A stretch of DNA of 64,000 bases from Promethearchaeota archaeon. Lineage in GTDB: Archaea > Asgardarchaeota > Lokiarchaeia > Sigyniarchaeales > SOKP01. The number at the start of each line of letters is the position of its first letter. The first letter of the stretch is position 1. Both the position numbers and the translations under genes were made by a program. Below the pieces are notes generated by a model. It saw nothing but the letters and a program-made list of their open reading frames with translations, had not been told where the DNA came from and made no database searches. The stretch covers positions 42,028 to 106,027 of the forward strand of contig JAUVNS010000014.1 in assembly GCA_030599585.1 (NCBI GenBank), read 5' to 3'. Of the stretch, positions 31,143-40,891 are shown in pieces.

Positions 31143-31894
31143 AAGAAATCGACCTCCTCTTTTAAAGTGATTGTACCAGAAGATTGGTCGTATTCAATAG
31201 GAGCATCATCTTCAAGCATTTTAGTAATTATCTTGCGTGCTTGTTCTTCTTTCATATCAATGGCAACTAGAATATTTTTAAGATCTAAAGAACTTCCCAC
31301 TTGTAAAGCTTTAATAAATTGGTAAAGAAGGGAATTTATATATTTTCTCTTTATCAAAGCCTTCATAGCAGCAACTCTAAGTTCATAGGATTCAACGAAT
31401 TTTTCTTTTTTAATGAAAGTTTCGTTAAGTTCTACTTCAAGATTTTTCAATTTTTCCTCAAATTTTTCAACTTCTTTATTTAATGTAAATAAGCGATCTT
31501 CAAGTTCTTTTAAACGAAGTTCCCGATTCTTTAATTCTTCTCTTTTAATGTTGATTGTTTCTTTAACTTCCTTGAATTCATTTCGACTTTCTTGAATTTT
31601 GGTTTCCAATTCTTGGCGATTTCGCACAAGTTCTACATTTTCTTCCTCGAACTTTACGATGTCTCGTTGACTCTGGGATATCTTGTTTTTAAAGGTGTTT
31701 ATTTCTTCATAATTGGATTTTAATGCATTGATTAAGACATTTTTTCCATCTCCATATTTTTCTAGCTCTTCGAGTATCTTTTCAGGTTGTATTCGAAGTT
31801 TTGGGATGTAGTCGCTATTCAAACCACTTAAATTTACAATTATCGAAGCCATTTTCTTTAACGATGTTTTAGCATCTACTAAGGATTCACTCAA
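31139..31894 (-). CDS. Coiled-coil protein with C-terminal winged-helix domain (subunit A of a pair)
   Basis: Long heptad region followed by FIKALQVGSSLDLKNILVAIDMKEEQARKIITKMLEDDAPIEYDQSSGTITL; ATGA overlap with the next gene. Confidence 0.7.
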   Translation of the reverse strand: MSESLVDAKTSLKKMASIIVNLSGLNSDYIPKLRIQPEKILEELEKYGDGKNVLINALKSNYEEINTFKNKISQSQRDIVKFEEENVELVRNRQELETKIQESRNEFKEVKETINIKREELKNRELRLKELEDRLFTLNKEVEKFEEKLKNLEVELNETFIKKEKFVESYELRVAAMKALIKRKYINSLLYQFIKALQVGSSLDLKNILVAIDMKEEQARKIITKMLEDDAPIEYDQSSGTITLKEEVDFL

Positions 31895-32007
31895 GTTAAA
31901 TTCACCATAATATTATATATACGTAATATATTACGCATTATTAAATGTGTATTTTTCAAAATAACGATACATTAGTGATTTTATTAGCCATAAAAAAATA
32001 AGATAGA

Positions 32008-32844
32008 TTACATATCTCTTGATATTTCTTTGAGAAAAAAATCTTTTTTTAAAACCATGTAAATGCCCCTTCGATTCATAACCGTATTTAGATTCTCTAT
32101 TAACTTTTCAGTAAAATACTTAAAATCAAAATAAGTCTCAGGATTAATACGATAATAGCTTTTCAAAAAGAGGTTAATAAGTTCAATTTTAACTAAAGGA
32201 ACGGTTTTTTCAAAAATTCCAGGATTCGTATCAAGCAACGAACAGCATATCCAAGCTATATCATCTATGTGATGTCCCTCATAAGAATCTTCAAAATCTA
32301 ATCCAAATATTTTGTTATCTGAGGGATTATATATAAAATCCCTTAACCGGGTATCACCCTTATTTAACACTTTCAGATGCGAATGATCTTTATCCTCTTT
32401 TATATTATTTGTATGGAGCTTACTTAGCCAATTAGCTAATTGCTCTATACACATCACAAGTTCTTGCTTAGTAATGATATCCAAGCTGTCAAAATCAGCA
32501 ACTTCCAATAATTTATCGTTAATGAAGTCGCATAAATTAATTCCTTCTATTTTTTCAAGTATCAGAAACGGTTTTTTATAAAATAAAATCTTAGGAACTA
32601 GAATTTCTTGTTCATAAAGTTGCTTTAGTGTATCATTCTCATTATCAGCATTGTCATTCGTGAAGACTTTAATTACTACTTCTTTTGGTAGAGACTCTGT
32701 TTTCCTATTGAAAGTTAGATGTACAACTGTATTTTTTTTACTCTGGAATTGAGTTAATATGAAATGGTTAAATTTATCGACTAACTCTGGAAAGTCTTCC
32801 CTGAGATGAATTATTAAATCTTGCCGTATTTTTAAAAGCTCCAT
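32008..32844 (-). CDS. Protein kinase-like (APH/Bud32/RIO-like) phosphotransferase
   Basis: VVIKVF, VPKIL, LEKIEG, KGDTRLRDF catalytic loop, LDFE metal-binding motif. Confidence 0.8.
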   Translation of the reverse strand: MELLKIRQDLIIHLREDFPELVDKFNHFILTQFQSKKNTVVHLTFNRKTESLPKEVVIKVFTNDNADNENDTLKQLYEQEILVPKILFYKKPFLILEKIEGINLCDFINDKLLEVADFDSLDIITKQELVMCIEQLANWLSKLHTNNIKEDKDHSHLKVLNKGDTRLRDFIYNPSDNKIFGLDFEDSYEGHHIDDIAWICCSLLDTNPGIFEKTVPLVKIELINLFLKSYYRINPETYFDFKYFTEKLIENLNTVMNRRGIYMVLKKDFFLKEISRDM

Positions 32845-33056
32845 CTTTAACTGTTAGGATATGCAATGAGTATACAATAATGCTTAATGGAAATCTGTAA
32901 ATTAAGTTATAAATAGTAAATATAAAAGATAAATTTCTCTATTTCCAGACTCAAAAATCTAAATCGTAGGTGTGAAGATGTTCGGGGTAATGATTATATG
33001 GTTTTTATAATTTATCAGAGATATAAATAAAAAAAATACATTTTATAGATACTATA

Positions 33057-33944
33057 ATGAGCTCTCAACAAAAACAATACAAACTTGGAGTCTTTTATGG
33101 TACTGAAGCAGACACAAAAATGCTCGCTGAAAAATTTGTGGGTAATCTGATAAACGACGATGAATTTTGTAAGGCGTGTGAATTACTCGAAAAAGATGTC
33201 AAATGCGATAAATGCCGAGAACATTTAGGCAACTTTTCTAGTTCGATCTACTTTTACGATATGATAGGAGAAAATGTGCCCGATTTTATCGAAGACCCTG
33301 AAGATTATTTACCGAAAAACTTGCCTCAAGTAGATTTTTTGTTAGTGGTTGGGATTCACCAAGATTTACTCTCCGGTTTTCCAGAATACTTGAAGGATAA
33401 GAATATTAAAGCGATAATTGTTCCGATTGAAAACCCAAAGTGGGTCCAACCGGGATTGCAGGTGCAGGTGTTAGAAGAATTTGAAAAATTTGGAATACAA
33501 GCTGCGTTTCCAAAACCCTTTTGCGCATTAAGCAAAGAATTAAACGAGTACAATAAAGTAGGGTTTAACATCACGAAAGAAAGGAACAATATAATAGAAT
33601 TTATTGAACACTATAAAATAGGAGAACCGATTGTATCGTTCTTACTATCCGATGACGGTAAATCAATTCAAGACACGTGCGTTCTTCAATGTGCGCCGTG
33701 TGGATCGACATATTATATACTACAACAACTTCAAGCTAAATACATTGAAGATGAAGAGATAAGTTTAAACGAAAGAATTAGTAAAGCTCATCATTCTTAT
33801 CCTTGTAATGCTTCAATGGATCAAGATTCAATACTGAAAGACTCTTGTCTTCATGTCGGAGGGTATTTGGTAAGAAACGCTGTTAGGAGAGAATTAGATC
33901 TTGAAGAACAAGAAGGCCAAAAATTAGTTTATATTGTTAAATAA
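33057..33944 (+). CDS. DUF166 family protein
   Basis: FIEDPEDYLP, HQDL, FPKPFCAL, APCGST, HHSYPCNASM. Confidence 0.8.
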   Translation: MSSQQKQYKLGVFYGTEADTKMLAEKFVGNLINDDEFCKACELLEKDVKCDKCREHLGNFSSSIYFYDMIGENVPDFIEDPEDYLPKNLPQVDFLLVVGIHQDLLSGFPEYLKDKNIKAIIVPIENPKWVQPGLQVQVLEEFEKFGIQAAFPKPFCALSKELNEYNKVGFNITKERNNIIEFIEHYKIGEPIVSFLLSDDGKSIQDTCVLQCAPCGSTYYILQQLQAKYIEDEEISLNERISKAHHSYPCNASMDQDSILKDSCLHVGGYLVRNAVRRELDLEEQEGQKLVYIVK

Positions 33945-34161
33945 TCTAATTTAGCTTAGAAATTAAAAATAAGGTTCTAATTTATATTTAATAATAAGAT
34001 TAAGAGCTTGAATTTAAACTCTGATCATTATACGATAAACAAAATTCTTACGATTCGTATAGGAATAATAGGTAAAACACTCAATTTAGCACTTTTAATT
34101 GATATTAGTCTCTTTTTATTATATAATATAAAGCTTTTTAGATACATCGCTTTTACATTAC

Positions 34162-36324
34162 TTGGTGATTGATATCGTTACTCAGTGTACAAATACCCTA
34201 TGTTTAGACGAAGAAATAGAGGAAGAAGAAGAATCATTTTTCGAGGAAAAATTTTGGTTTTTCATTATACCTTCCGTGATATTACTTGGAATTTCAATGT
34301 TTTTAGAGTTTTTTACTGATGCAGTATTATTAAGCCAAATCTTAGCAATAGCGTCAGTGTTACTTTCGTGTTATGGAATCGTAACGGAAGCTATAGAAGA
34401 TGTTTTAGCTAAGAGAATAACTGCGAATATTCTAATGTTAGTTGCTGGTGTCGCCTCTTTTTTTATTTTACACGGTCAGGAAGGAGCCATGGCAATATTG
34501 TTATATGCAATTGCAGAATATTTAGAAGAAGTAACTACAGATAAATCAAAAAATGCTATTAAGGAACTACTTGAGTTAGCTCCTGACGAAGCTTTACTAA
34601 AATCTAACGGAGAGTATCGGTTGGTTCCAACCAAAGAAATTAAGGTTGGTGACATCGTTGGAATTAGACCTGCGATGAAAGCCCCTATCGACGGGAAGAT
34701 AATAAAAGGCGAATCGTACTTCAACGAAAGCGCAATTACTGGGGAATCTCTTCCTGTTTTTAAGAATGTCGGTGATGAAATATACGCAGCAAGCATCAAT
34801 AGCGATAGTTTCGTTGATATAGAGGTTATCAGAGAAAGTTCAAACACGGTAGTCGCAAAAATTGCTCAAAGTATTAAACAAGCTCAACAAAATAAAAGTG
34901 ATAACGAACGATTTATAGAAAAATTTGCAAGGTATTATACCCCAATTATATTAATTAGCTCGCTTCTCGTTATGTTTATACCAACTTTATTGTTTGGTTT
35001 AGATTTTAATCAATGGTTCTATCGAGGATTAATTCTATTAGTCGTATCTTGTCCGTGTGCTCTCACATTATCTACTCCTCTAGCGAATATAGCCGCTCTT
35101 ACGAAGTTAGCAAAAGAAGGTATTCTTGTCAAAGGTAATAAGTTTATTGAAAAAGCTAAAAGTATCGAAATAATCGCTTTTGATAAAACTGGGACCCTCA
35201 CCGAGGGTAATCTAAAAGTCTTTGAAATATTAGAGTATGCTTTAGATAAAGAGGAGATTTTAAAAATAGCTGCCAGTTTAGAAGTACTCTCAGAGCATCC
35301 TATTGGAAAGGCCATAGTATCCCAAGCAAAGCAAATGAATTTATCTTTATATCCGGTAGAATCATTTAAGATTGTAAAAGGAAAAGGTATCAAGGGAGAA
35401 ATTCAAGGAAAAGTGTATTATGTTGGTAGTAAGAAATTTTTTGAAGACCTAAAATTTAACTTCCCAGAAGAAACATTAAACGAAGTTGAATCGTCTGGAA
35501 CAATTCCGATATTACTCGGTCAGAATTTAACCATCTTAGGAGCTATCACCATTAGAGATGTCTTAAGAGTATCTGCTCCCCTCTTAGTAGACGGGTTAAA
35601 AAAAAGGGGTTTTAAGTCAGCGATGATTTCTGGGGATAATCAGCAAGTATGCAATACAATCGGGGCTTGCTTAGATATTGATTCTACTTATGGTGAACTG
35701 CTACCTGATCAAAAATTAGAGGAAATTAAAAGTTTAAAGAAAAAGTATAAAGGAGTTGCCATGGTAGGAGATGGAATAAATGACGCTCCAGCTCTTGCCT
35801 TATCGGATCTTGGAATTGCAATAGGTGCTTCAGCAACAGATTTAACTCTCGAAACTGCAGATATAATCATTATGAGCGATGATTTGAAGAAAATACTGAC
35901 TTTTTTTGATATTGCAAAGAAGACCAATAGAATCATAAGGCAGAACATTTGGACCTCAATTATTGTCAAAGTAACTTTTGCGATTTTAACTGTTGTTGGC
36001 TTAATGACTCTGTGGCTTGCTGTTGGAATAGGCGATATGGGTGTTTCTCTACTAGTCTTAATAAATGGAATGACAATATTTAGATACAGAACGAAATTTA
36101 AAGATTCTTCATTAGAAATTCTAGAAAGTGATGCAAAATTGATTATCTGTCAATTATGTGAAACTAAGAATATTATTCCCCAACATCACGGGCGAGATAT
36201 GATAGAAAAAGAAGGAAAATTAATATGTTGGAGAAACTTAATCAAAAGTGATGAGTTAGAACCGTGTGAAGAAGAATTGCCTTTATTCTGTCCAAAATGC
36301 GAAAACGAACTGGAAGTTCATTAA
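34162..36324 (+). CDS. cadA: Heavy-metal P1B-type ATPase (Zn/Cd, P1B-2-like) with C-terminal Cys/His domain
   Basis: TGES, SCPCAL, DKTGTLT, SEHP, GDGINDAP; K and DxG in the last TM helices; exact start uncertain. Confidence 0.9.
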   Translation: MVIDIVTQCTNTLCLDEEIEEEEESFFEEKFWFFIIPSVILLGISMFLEFFTDAVLLSQILAIASVLLSCYGIVTEAIEDVLAKRITANILMLVAGVASFFILHGQEGAMAILLYAIAEYLEEVTTDKSKNAIKELLELAPDEALLKSNGEYRLVPTKEIKVGDIVGIRPAMKAPIDGKIIKGESYFNESAITGESLPVFKNVGDEIYAASINSDSFVDIEVIRESSNTVVAKIAQSIKQAQQNKSDNERFIEKFARYYTPIILISSLLVMFIPTLLFGLDFNQWFYRGLILLVVSCPCALTLSTPLANIAALTKLAKEGILVKGNKFIEKAKSIEIIAFDKTGTLTEGNLKVFEILEYALDKEEILKIAASLEVLSEHPIGKAIVSQAKQMNLSLYPVESFKIVKGKGIKGEIQGKVYYVGSKKFFEDLKFNFPEETLNEVESSGTIPILLGQNLTILGAITIRDVLRVSAPLLVDGLKKRGFKSAMISGDNQQVCNTIGACLDIDSTYGELLPDQKLEEIKSLKKKYKGVAMVGDGINDAPALALSDLGIAIGASATDLTLETADIIIMSDDLKKILTFFDIAKKTNRIIRQNIWTSIIVKVTFAILTVVGLMTLWLAVGIGDMGVSLLVLINGMTIFRYRTKFKDSSLEILESDAKLIICQLCETKNIIPQHHGRDMIEKEGKLICWRNLIKSDELEPCEEELPLFCPKCENELEVH

Positions 36325-36376
36325 TATAATAAAAATTGATCTAATATTTAAATAAATAGGGTACATTGAAAAATTG

Positions 36377-36544
36377 TTAGGGTAGTGGCCAAGGATTGTA
36401 AGGACGCCAGAGTTTTCTTTCATATTTTTCTTGTTCTTGTGGTTCTGGATTACTTTTTTTTATTAATTTCTCTTTTATTTTTTTCCTATAAGATTTTTTA
36501 CTACAAGAGATTGATGGAGCCGACTTTTTTATAATTATTATCAA
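36377..36544 (-). CDS. Possible small basic protein ending WRPYNPWPLP
   Basis: Open frame LIIIIKKSAPSISCSKKSYRKKIKEKLIKKSNPEPQEQEKYERKLWRPYNPWPLP* just downstream of GGTG. Confidence 0.35.
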   Translation of the reverse strand: MIIIIKKSAPSISCSKKSYRKKIKEKLIKKSNPEPQEQEKYERKLWRPYNPWPLP

Positions 36545-36650
36545 ACACCGTATTTTTTTAAGCCAATGAAATAAGAATTATATTGCGAAATAAAAATATT
36601 AAGTCTCAAGCAATTTTCTATTATTTAAGACATCATAATAGAGCTTTAAA

Positions 36651-36735
36651 TGCGGAAAGGGGGATTCGAACCCCCGTACTCCTACGAGACTGGATTCTGA
36701 GTCCAGCACCTTTGACCAGACTTGGCGATTCCCGC
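36651..36735 (-). tRNA. tRNA-Leu(CAG), intronless, CCA not encoded
   Basis: GCGGGAA/TTTCCGC acceptor stem, CTGGA-CT-CAG-AA-TCCAG anticodon arm, long variable arm, GGGGG-TTCGAAT-CCCCC T arm, discriminator A. Confidence 0.96.
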
Positions 36736-36909
36736 ACTCAAACAATGATAAAATCTTATAAGTATACTTAAAATTAAAGATTAAAAAATATAATTGTATG
36801 AAATTTTTATATCTTGTGAACTTTTTACCTTCCTTTAGCCTATTATTGCTATTTTAAATTGCGAAAAATCCTAAGGTTCATATATAATTTTATTGAGAGA
36901 TTAAATCAG

Positions 36910-38865
36910 CTATACTACTCGTTCAATAAACACTTCATTAACTAAATGATCAAGAGAAGGCACATCAGTTTCTTGAATAAATCTATGGGCTTTATGATAG
37001 TTGTGAATTATTTCCCAAATTTTTTTATCGTTTTGGAGGGTATCGATGAATCGTTTCATTCTCTGTTGTGCTAAATAGGATTGTCCTTTAAATAAGTAAC
37101 AGATGATAAATGGAGAAACAGAATTCATTAGAATGGTATATTCTCCAAAAATAGCTCGATCTAATCCTTGAGAGAACATCTCACCACTAAAAGAGTTAAT
37201 AGCCGAGAGGAAACCGCCAAATAAATGGTCCTGGAATGCCCATCCTTCTGCAAAAGATTGAGAGAAGATAGGGGTTCCCCCAGCAGATATAATTAGAATT
37301 ACGACAGATTCCTCGTCTTTTATCTCTTTTGGTTCAGTTACACGTTTTCGAAGCATATTATCCATTTGTTCGTTTAACCGAGCAAATTCCATACGTTCTT
37401 TTAATGATGAAGTTGATTCTTTTAAATTCTCCCACATATGTAATTGTTTAAGAAGTTCATCATGTTCGTTAGAAATTTTGATAGCTAACAAATTAAGTCC
37501 ATATCTTTCAGCAATCCGCTGGCCTTTGGTCAATAATCGTCGAGTCTTTTTCAAATTCAACGATAATAAAGCCAATTTGGCTTGTAAAAGGTAAGTTTCT
37601 CCCATAATCCAGTACGAACGTGATTTTTCAACAGTTTCTAACAGTTGTGTGATAAGAGATTCTAATTCGTCTATTACTTCTACTTCATTAGTCATCTGAA
37701 ATTCAATTATGAGTAGTTCACATAAAGTAAGTAGAGCTCTTTCCTTAAGTTCCCATAAAATATCTTCGTCTTCAAGGATTTGTTTTAAAATTTCTTCAGC
37801 TTTACCCCTATTACTGATTCGCGGGCTCTCTTTTAATATTAAAGCCCTATTATAAAGACACGCCAAATTAATAGTTTTATCTTTCAATTGGTTATTCAAT
37901 TGTTCTAGGTGGTTAAAATATTGCTGTGCTTGCTCAAGATCGCCCTTTTCAATTAAAATTTGAATTAAAAAATCGTGAATCATAGCTATACTCTTTAAAG
38001 AACCAATTTTAGATATAAGTGCCAAACTTTGTTCTGAACACTCTAAAGCACGATCTAAATCTCCAATCATTCTATAAGCATCAGCCATATTATTAAGATT
38101 CGAAGAAATAAGTATATTATGGTTTAGTTCTTTAGCTATTGCCAAGCTTTGTTCAAAAAGGGGTATACTTCGAGTAACCTCCCCTTTAGTATGATAGAAA
38201 CTCGCTTTTCGAAGAAAACCATATGAAATAAAGACTTTATAATTAGCTTCTTTAGCAAAAGCTAAAGTTCTCTCAACATATTCTAGAGCATTATCAATTT
38301 CGCCTTTCTGCGTACCTAAACCCCAAGCAATGCTGAGAAGACTAGAACCAATTAATAGTTCATCACCAAGAGATTCTCCCAATGCTAGACTATGGTTGTA
38401 ATACTTTAATGCTAAATCTATATCGCCTTTAGGAGTAAAAAGAGGATCTGAAGTCTTACCTTTTAGAAAACTTATGTAGGCTACTCTTCGATTCTTGTTA
38501 ATAACTAACTCTTCTGTTAGAGTTGCTAGCAATTCTTCTCCTTGTTTAATTATCTTAATTACTGGTTTTACATTAAAACTATTAATTAAACCTCTAGCCA
38601 TAAAAATTAAAGCATCAACAGACAAGATACTTTTCTCTAAACCTAAACTCTCTTTATATGTTTGTTCGGCAAATTTAACAAGTTTTTTAGATAAACCTTG
38701 GTGTAAAAAGAGATTACACTTAATAAGATGACAGGATACGATATCATGCAGCGAGTTGTTTCTCCTTTCTTCGAAATCCTTTAATAATTGAAGAGATTCT
38801 TCAAATTTCCCTTCTATAATAAATTGCCTTGCTTGAGCTAATTCTTTATAGTCTGAATGAGACAT
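36910..38865 (-). CDS. TPR-repeat protein with C-terminal longin-like domain
   Basis: TPR helices (ALKYYNHSLAL, NNMADAYRMIGDLDRALE); C-terminal ILIISAGGTPIFSQSF...LFGGFLSAINSFSGEMF. Confidence 0.82.
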   Translation of the reverse strand: MSHSDYKELAQARQFIIEGKFEESLQLLKDFEERRNNSLHDIVSCHLIKCNLFLHQGLSKKLVKFAEQTYKESLGLEKSILSVDALIFMARGLINSFNVKPVIKIIKQGEELLATLTEELVINKNRRVAYISFLKGKTSDPLFTPKGDIDLALKYYNHSLALGESLGDELLIGSSLLSIAWGLGTQKGEIDNALEYVERTLAFAKEANYKVFISYGFLRKASFYHTKGEVTRSIPLFEQSLAIAKELNHNILISSNLNNMADAYRMIGDLDRALECSEQSLALISKIGSLKSIAMIHDFLIQILIEKGDLEQAQQYFNHLEQLNNQLKDKTINLACLYNRALILKESPRISNRGKAEEILKQILEDEDILWELKERALLTLCELLIIEFQMTNEVEVIDELESLITQLLETVEKSRSYWIMGETYLLQAKLALLSLNLKKTRRLLTKGQRIAERYGLNLLAIKISNEHDELLKQLHMWENLKESTSSLKERMEFARLNEQMDNMLRKRVTEPKEIKDEESVVILIISAGGTPIFSQSFAEGWAFQDHLFGGFLSAINSFSGEMFSQGLDRAIFGEYTILMNSVSPFIICYLFKGQSYLAQQRMKRFIDTLQNDKKIWEIIHNYHKAHRFIQETDVPSLDHLVNEVFIERVV

Positions 38866-39031
38866 ATAACCACTTTTACTTAATATGTTTGAAAGATTTG
38901 GATTAATCCTTTAAAAATACAATTAATATATTAAGTAATTAAGGCAATTACAATTTTAAATATAATTTATTTTGTTTACTTCAGTTATTTATCATATTTT
39001 CAGAAATTATAAATTGTAAGATTTAGCGATT

Positions 39032-39826
39032 ATGCCGAAAGTTAAAGTAAATACCATGAATATTTATTATGAGATTTATGGTACAGGTCCTCCTTTATTG
39101 ATGATCCTTGGTTTAGGAGCTAATATCACATGGTGGGGAAATTATTTTATAAAAGGATTAGCAGATTATTTCAAAGTGATTATGTTTGATAATAGAGGAA
39201 CGGGGCAATCTAGCAATCCTAAATCGCAATATACCGTCAGAACATTAGCAGATGATGCATATGGATTATTAAAAGCTTTAAACATTGAAAAACCTTTTAT
39301 TTTTGGGCATTCAATGGGAGGAGGTATTGCTCAGGAATTAATACTTCAGTATAATGGAATGTCTAGACTGATTTTATGTAGTTCTTCTTGCGGGGGATCC
39401 AAATCTATTTTAGCGTCTCCTGAAGTTTTACAAATAATTAATAAAGAGAGATCGGGGAGAGTTCCATTTGAAATTGCCAAGGAAAGCCTAAATTTATTTT
39501 ATTCACCTGAATTTATGAAAAATAACCCTAAGATCATTGATTACGCTGTTCAGAACATGGCGAAAAGTCAAATGCTTCCAAAAAATTACGAATGGCAAAG
39601 GGACGCAATTAGATCGTTTAAGACCTGCGACAGATTAAAAAATATGAAAATTCCAACTTTAATCATGCACGGTGCGAAAGATATTTTGGTCCCCCCACAA
39701 AACGCCGAAATTCTTGCTGACTTAATTTCTAACGCCCATATAAAGATGTTTGCTGAAAGTGCTCATGCTCCTTATGTGGAAGAACCGGATGCAGTTATTC
39801 ACGAAATAGTCGAATTCCTCCAATAA
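39032..39826 (+). CDS. Alpha/beta hydrolase
   Basis: DNRGTGQS, GHSMGG, HGAKD, SAH. Confidence 0.92.
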   Translation: MPKVKVNTMNIYYEIYGTGPPLLMILGLGANITWWGNYFIKGLADYFKVIMFDNRGTGQSSNPKSQYTVRTLADDAYGLLKALNIEKPFIFGHSMGGGIAQELILQYNGMSRLILCSSSCGGSKSILASPEVLQIINKERSGRVPFEIAKESLNLFYSPEFMKNNPKIIDYAVQNMAKSQMLPKNYEWQRDAIRSFKTCDRLKNMKIPTLIMHGAKDILVPPQNAEILADLISNAHIKMFAESAHAPYVEEPDAVIHEIVEFLQ

Positions 39827-39929
39827 TATCTCTATTAAATAGTATACTACTAATTTTTATACAAGAAATAATAATATTATATTAAGCTTAATTTGATGTA
39901 AATTAAAAAAGCGTTTTCAAGGTAGAAAA

Positions 39930-40682
39930 ATGTCAAATGACAAAGAAAAAGAAAAAGACAAAGAAAAAGACAAAGAGGAAATTCCTCGAAGAAAGGTTCA
40001 GACAATTACCGTTTATCAATTTAATGATGAAATAGGAGATTTTGAAGAACTTATCTTGGATCCTGATATTAAGCTTAAAGATTTATTGGATGATGATTTT
40101 ATCCTCATGTTTGTTGATCCCAAGCATTTCAGAGTTTGGTTGTGGCATGGATTTAACACGACAACTCGAATGAAATTTATAGCAGCTAAAATGTCTCCAC
40201 CCATTAGAGATAATCATGGATTCGCCTTTAAAATTACCGCTGTCGACCAAGATAACGAAACACATGGCTTCTTAGTTATGATAGGGTTAGAAGAAGAAAT
40301 AGATTACGATCAAGTCCAAACTGGACCCGAATATGAAGGTACAGAAGAAGATCTTGAATTTCTGAAAACCATGTCTCGAGAAAAGATACTTTTACGCCTC
40401 GAAAAAGTCGGAGTTCCGGAAGGATTCGAACGAAAAATTGTTATCGTTAAAAATCAAATCTATGGATATCGGGAATACGATCGAAATTACTTAGGCTCAG
40501 TAATTAAAGAAAGGCAACTCTTCCCTCTAAAAGAAGAGATTGAGGACGGAACTTATTTGGCTGATAATTATATACCTAGGATGCATTTTTCGTTCAACAA
40601 TGTAGTCTTAACAGAGTTATTAGAACCATTAGAAATAGATGATAGTATAAAAAAGAAATCATTGAAAGATTTAGAGGCTTGA
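39930..40682 (+). CDS. Single-domain gelsolin with C-terminal extension (1DGelX-like actin regulator)
   Basis: LDDDFILMFVD...VWLWHG...KFIAAK...VDQDNETHGF matches the gelsolin-domain pattern, followed by about 120 further residues. Confidence 0.75.
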   Translation: MSNDKEKEKDKEKDKEEIPRRKVQTITVYQFNDEIGDFEELILDPDIKLKDLLDDDFILMFVDPKHFRVWLWHGFNTTTRMKFIAAKMSPPIRDNHGFAFKITAVDQDNETHGFLVMIGLEEEIDYDQVQTGPEYEGTEEDLEFLKTMSREKILLRLEKVGVPEGFERKIVIVKNQIYGYREYDRNYLGSVIKERQLFPLKEEIEDGTYLADNYIPRMHFSFNNVVLTELLEPLEIDDSIKKKSLKDLEA

Positions 40683-40684
40683 AA

Positions 40685-40822
40685 ATGAGTACAAACATTA
40701 AACGCAGAACCTACGTAAAAAAAAGGCAGAAAAGGCTTACAAGAAATTCATTAATATTAATTTCTATACTTTTTCTTAGTGTTATAATAAGTATTGTCGT
40801 AACACTTATCGCATTACCTTAA
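40685..40822 (+). CDS. 45-aa tail-anchored membrane microprotein
   Basis: MSTNIKRRTYVKKRQKRLTRNSLILISILFLSVIISIVVTLIALP*; ATG 2 nt after the gelsolin stop. Confidence 0.65.
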   Translation: MSTNIKRRTYVKKRQKRLTRNSLILISILFLSVIISIVVTLIALP

Positions 40823-40891
40823 TTTTTGTTAGGAATTGTTACCTTCATTCGTAGATTAATTAAAGCACTCTAAATTATTTTTTCTTGAAGA

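Noticed and set aside
30405-31894. SMC/Rad50 or ESCRT-III identity for the coiled-coil pair
   Set aside because: No Walker motifs, hinge or zinc hook, and no recognisable Snf7 pattern or acidic MIM tail
36583-36771. 62-aa plus-strand ORF
   Set aside because: Antisense shadow of tRNA-Leu (AERGIRTP is the reverse-complemented T arm)
36651-38865. Integrated element at tRNA-Leu
   Set aside because: No integrase and no duplicated tRNA 3' end seen in the window
39938-39977. gacaaagaaaaa tandem repeat
   Set aside because: Low-complexity coding sequence (DKEK) at the gelsolin N-terminus, not an independent element
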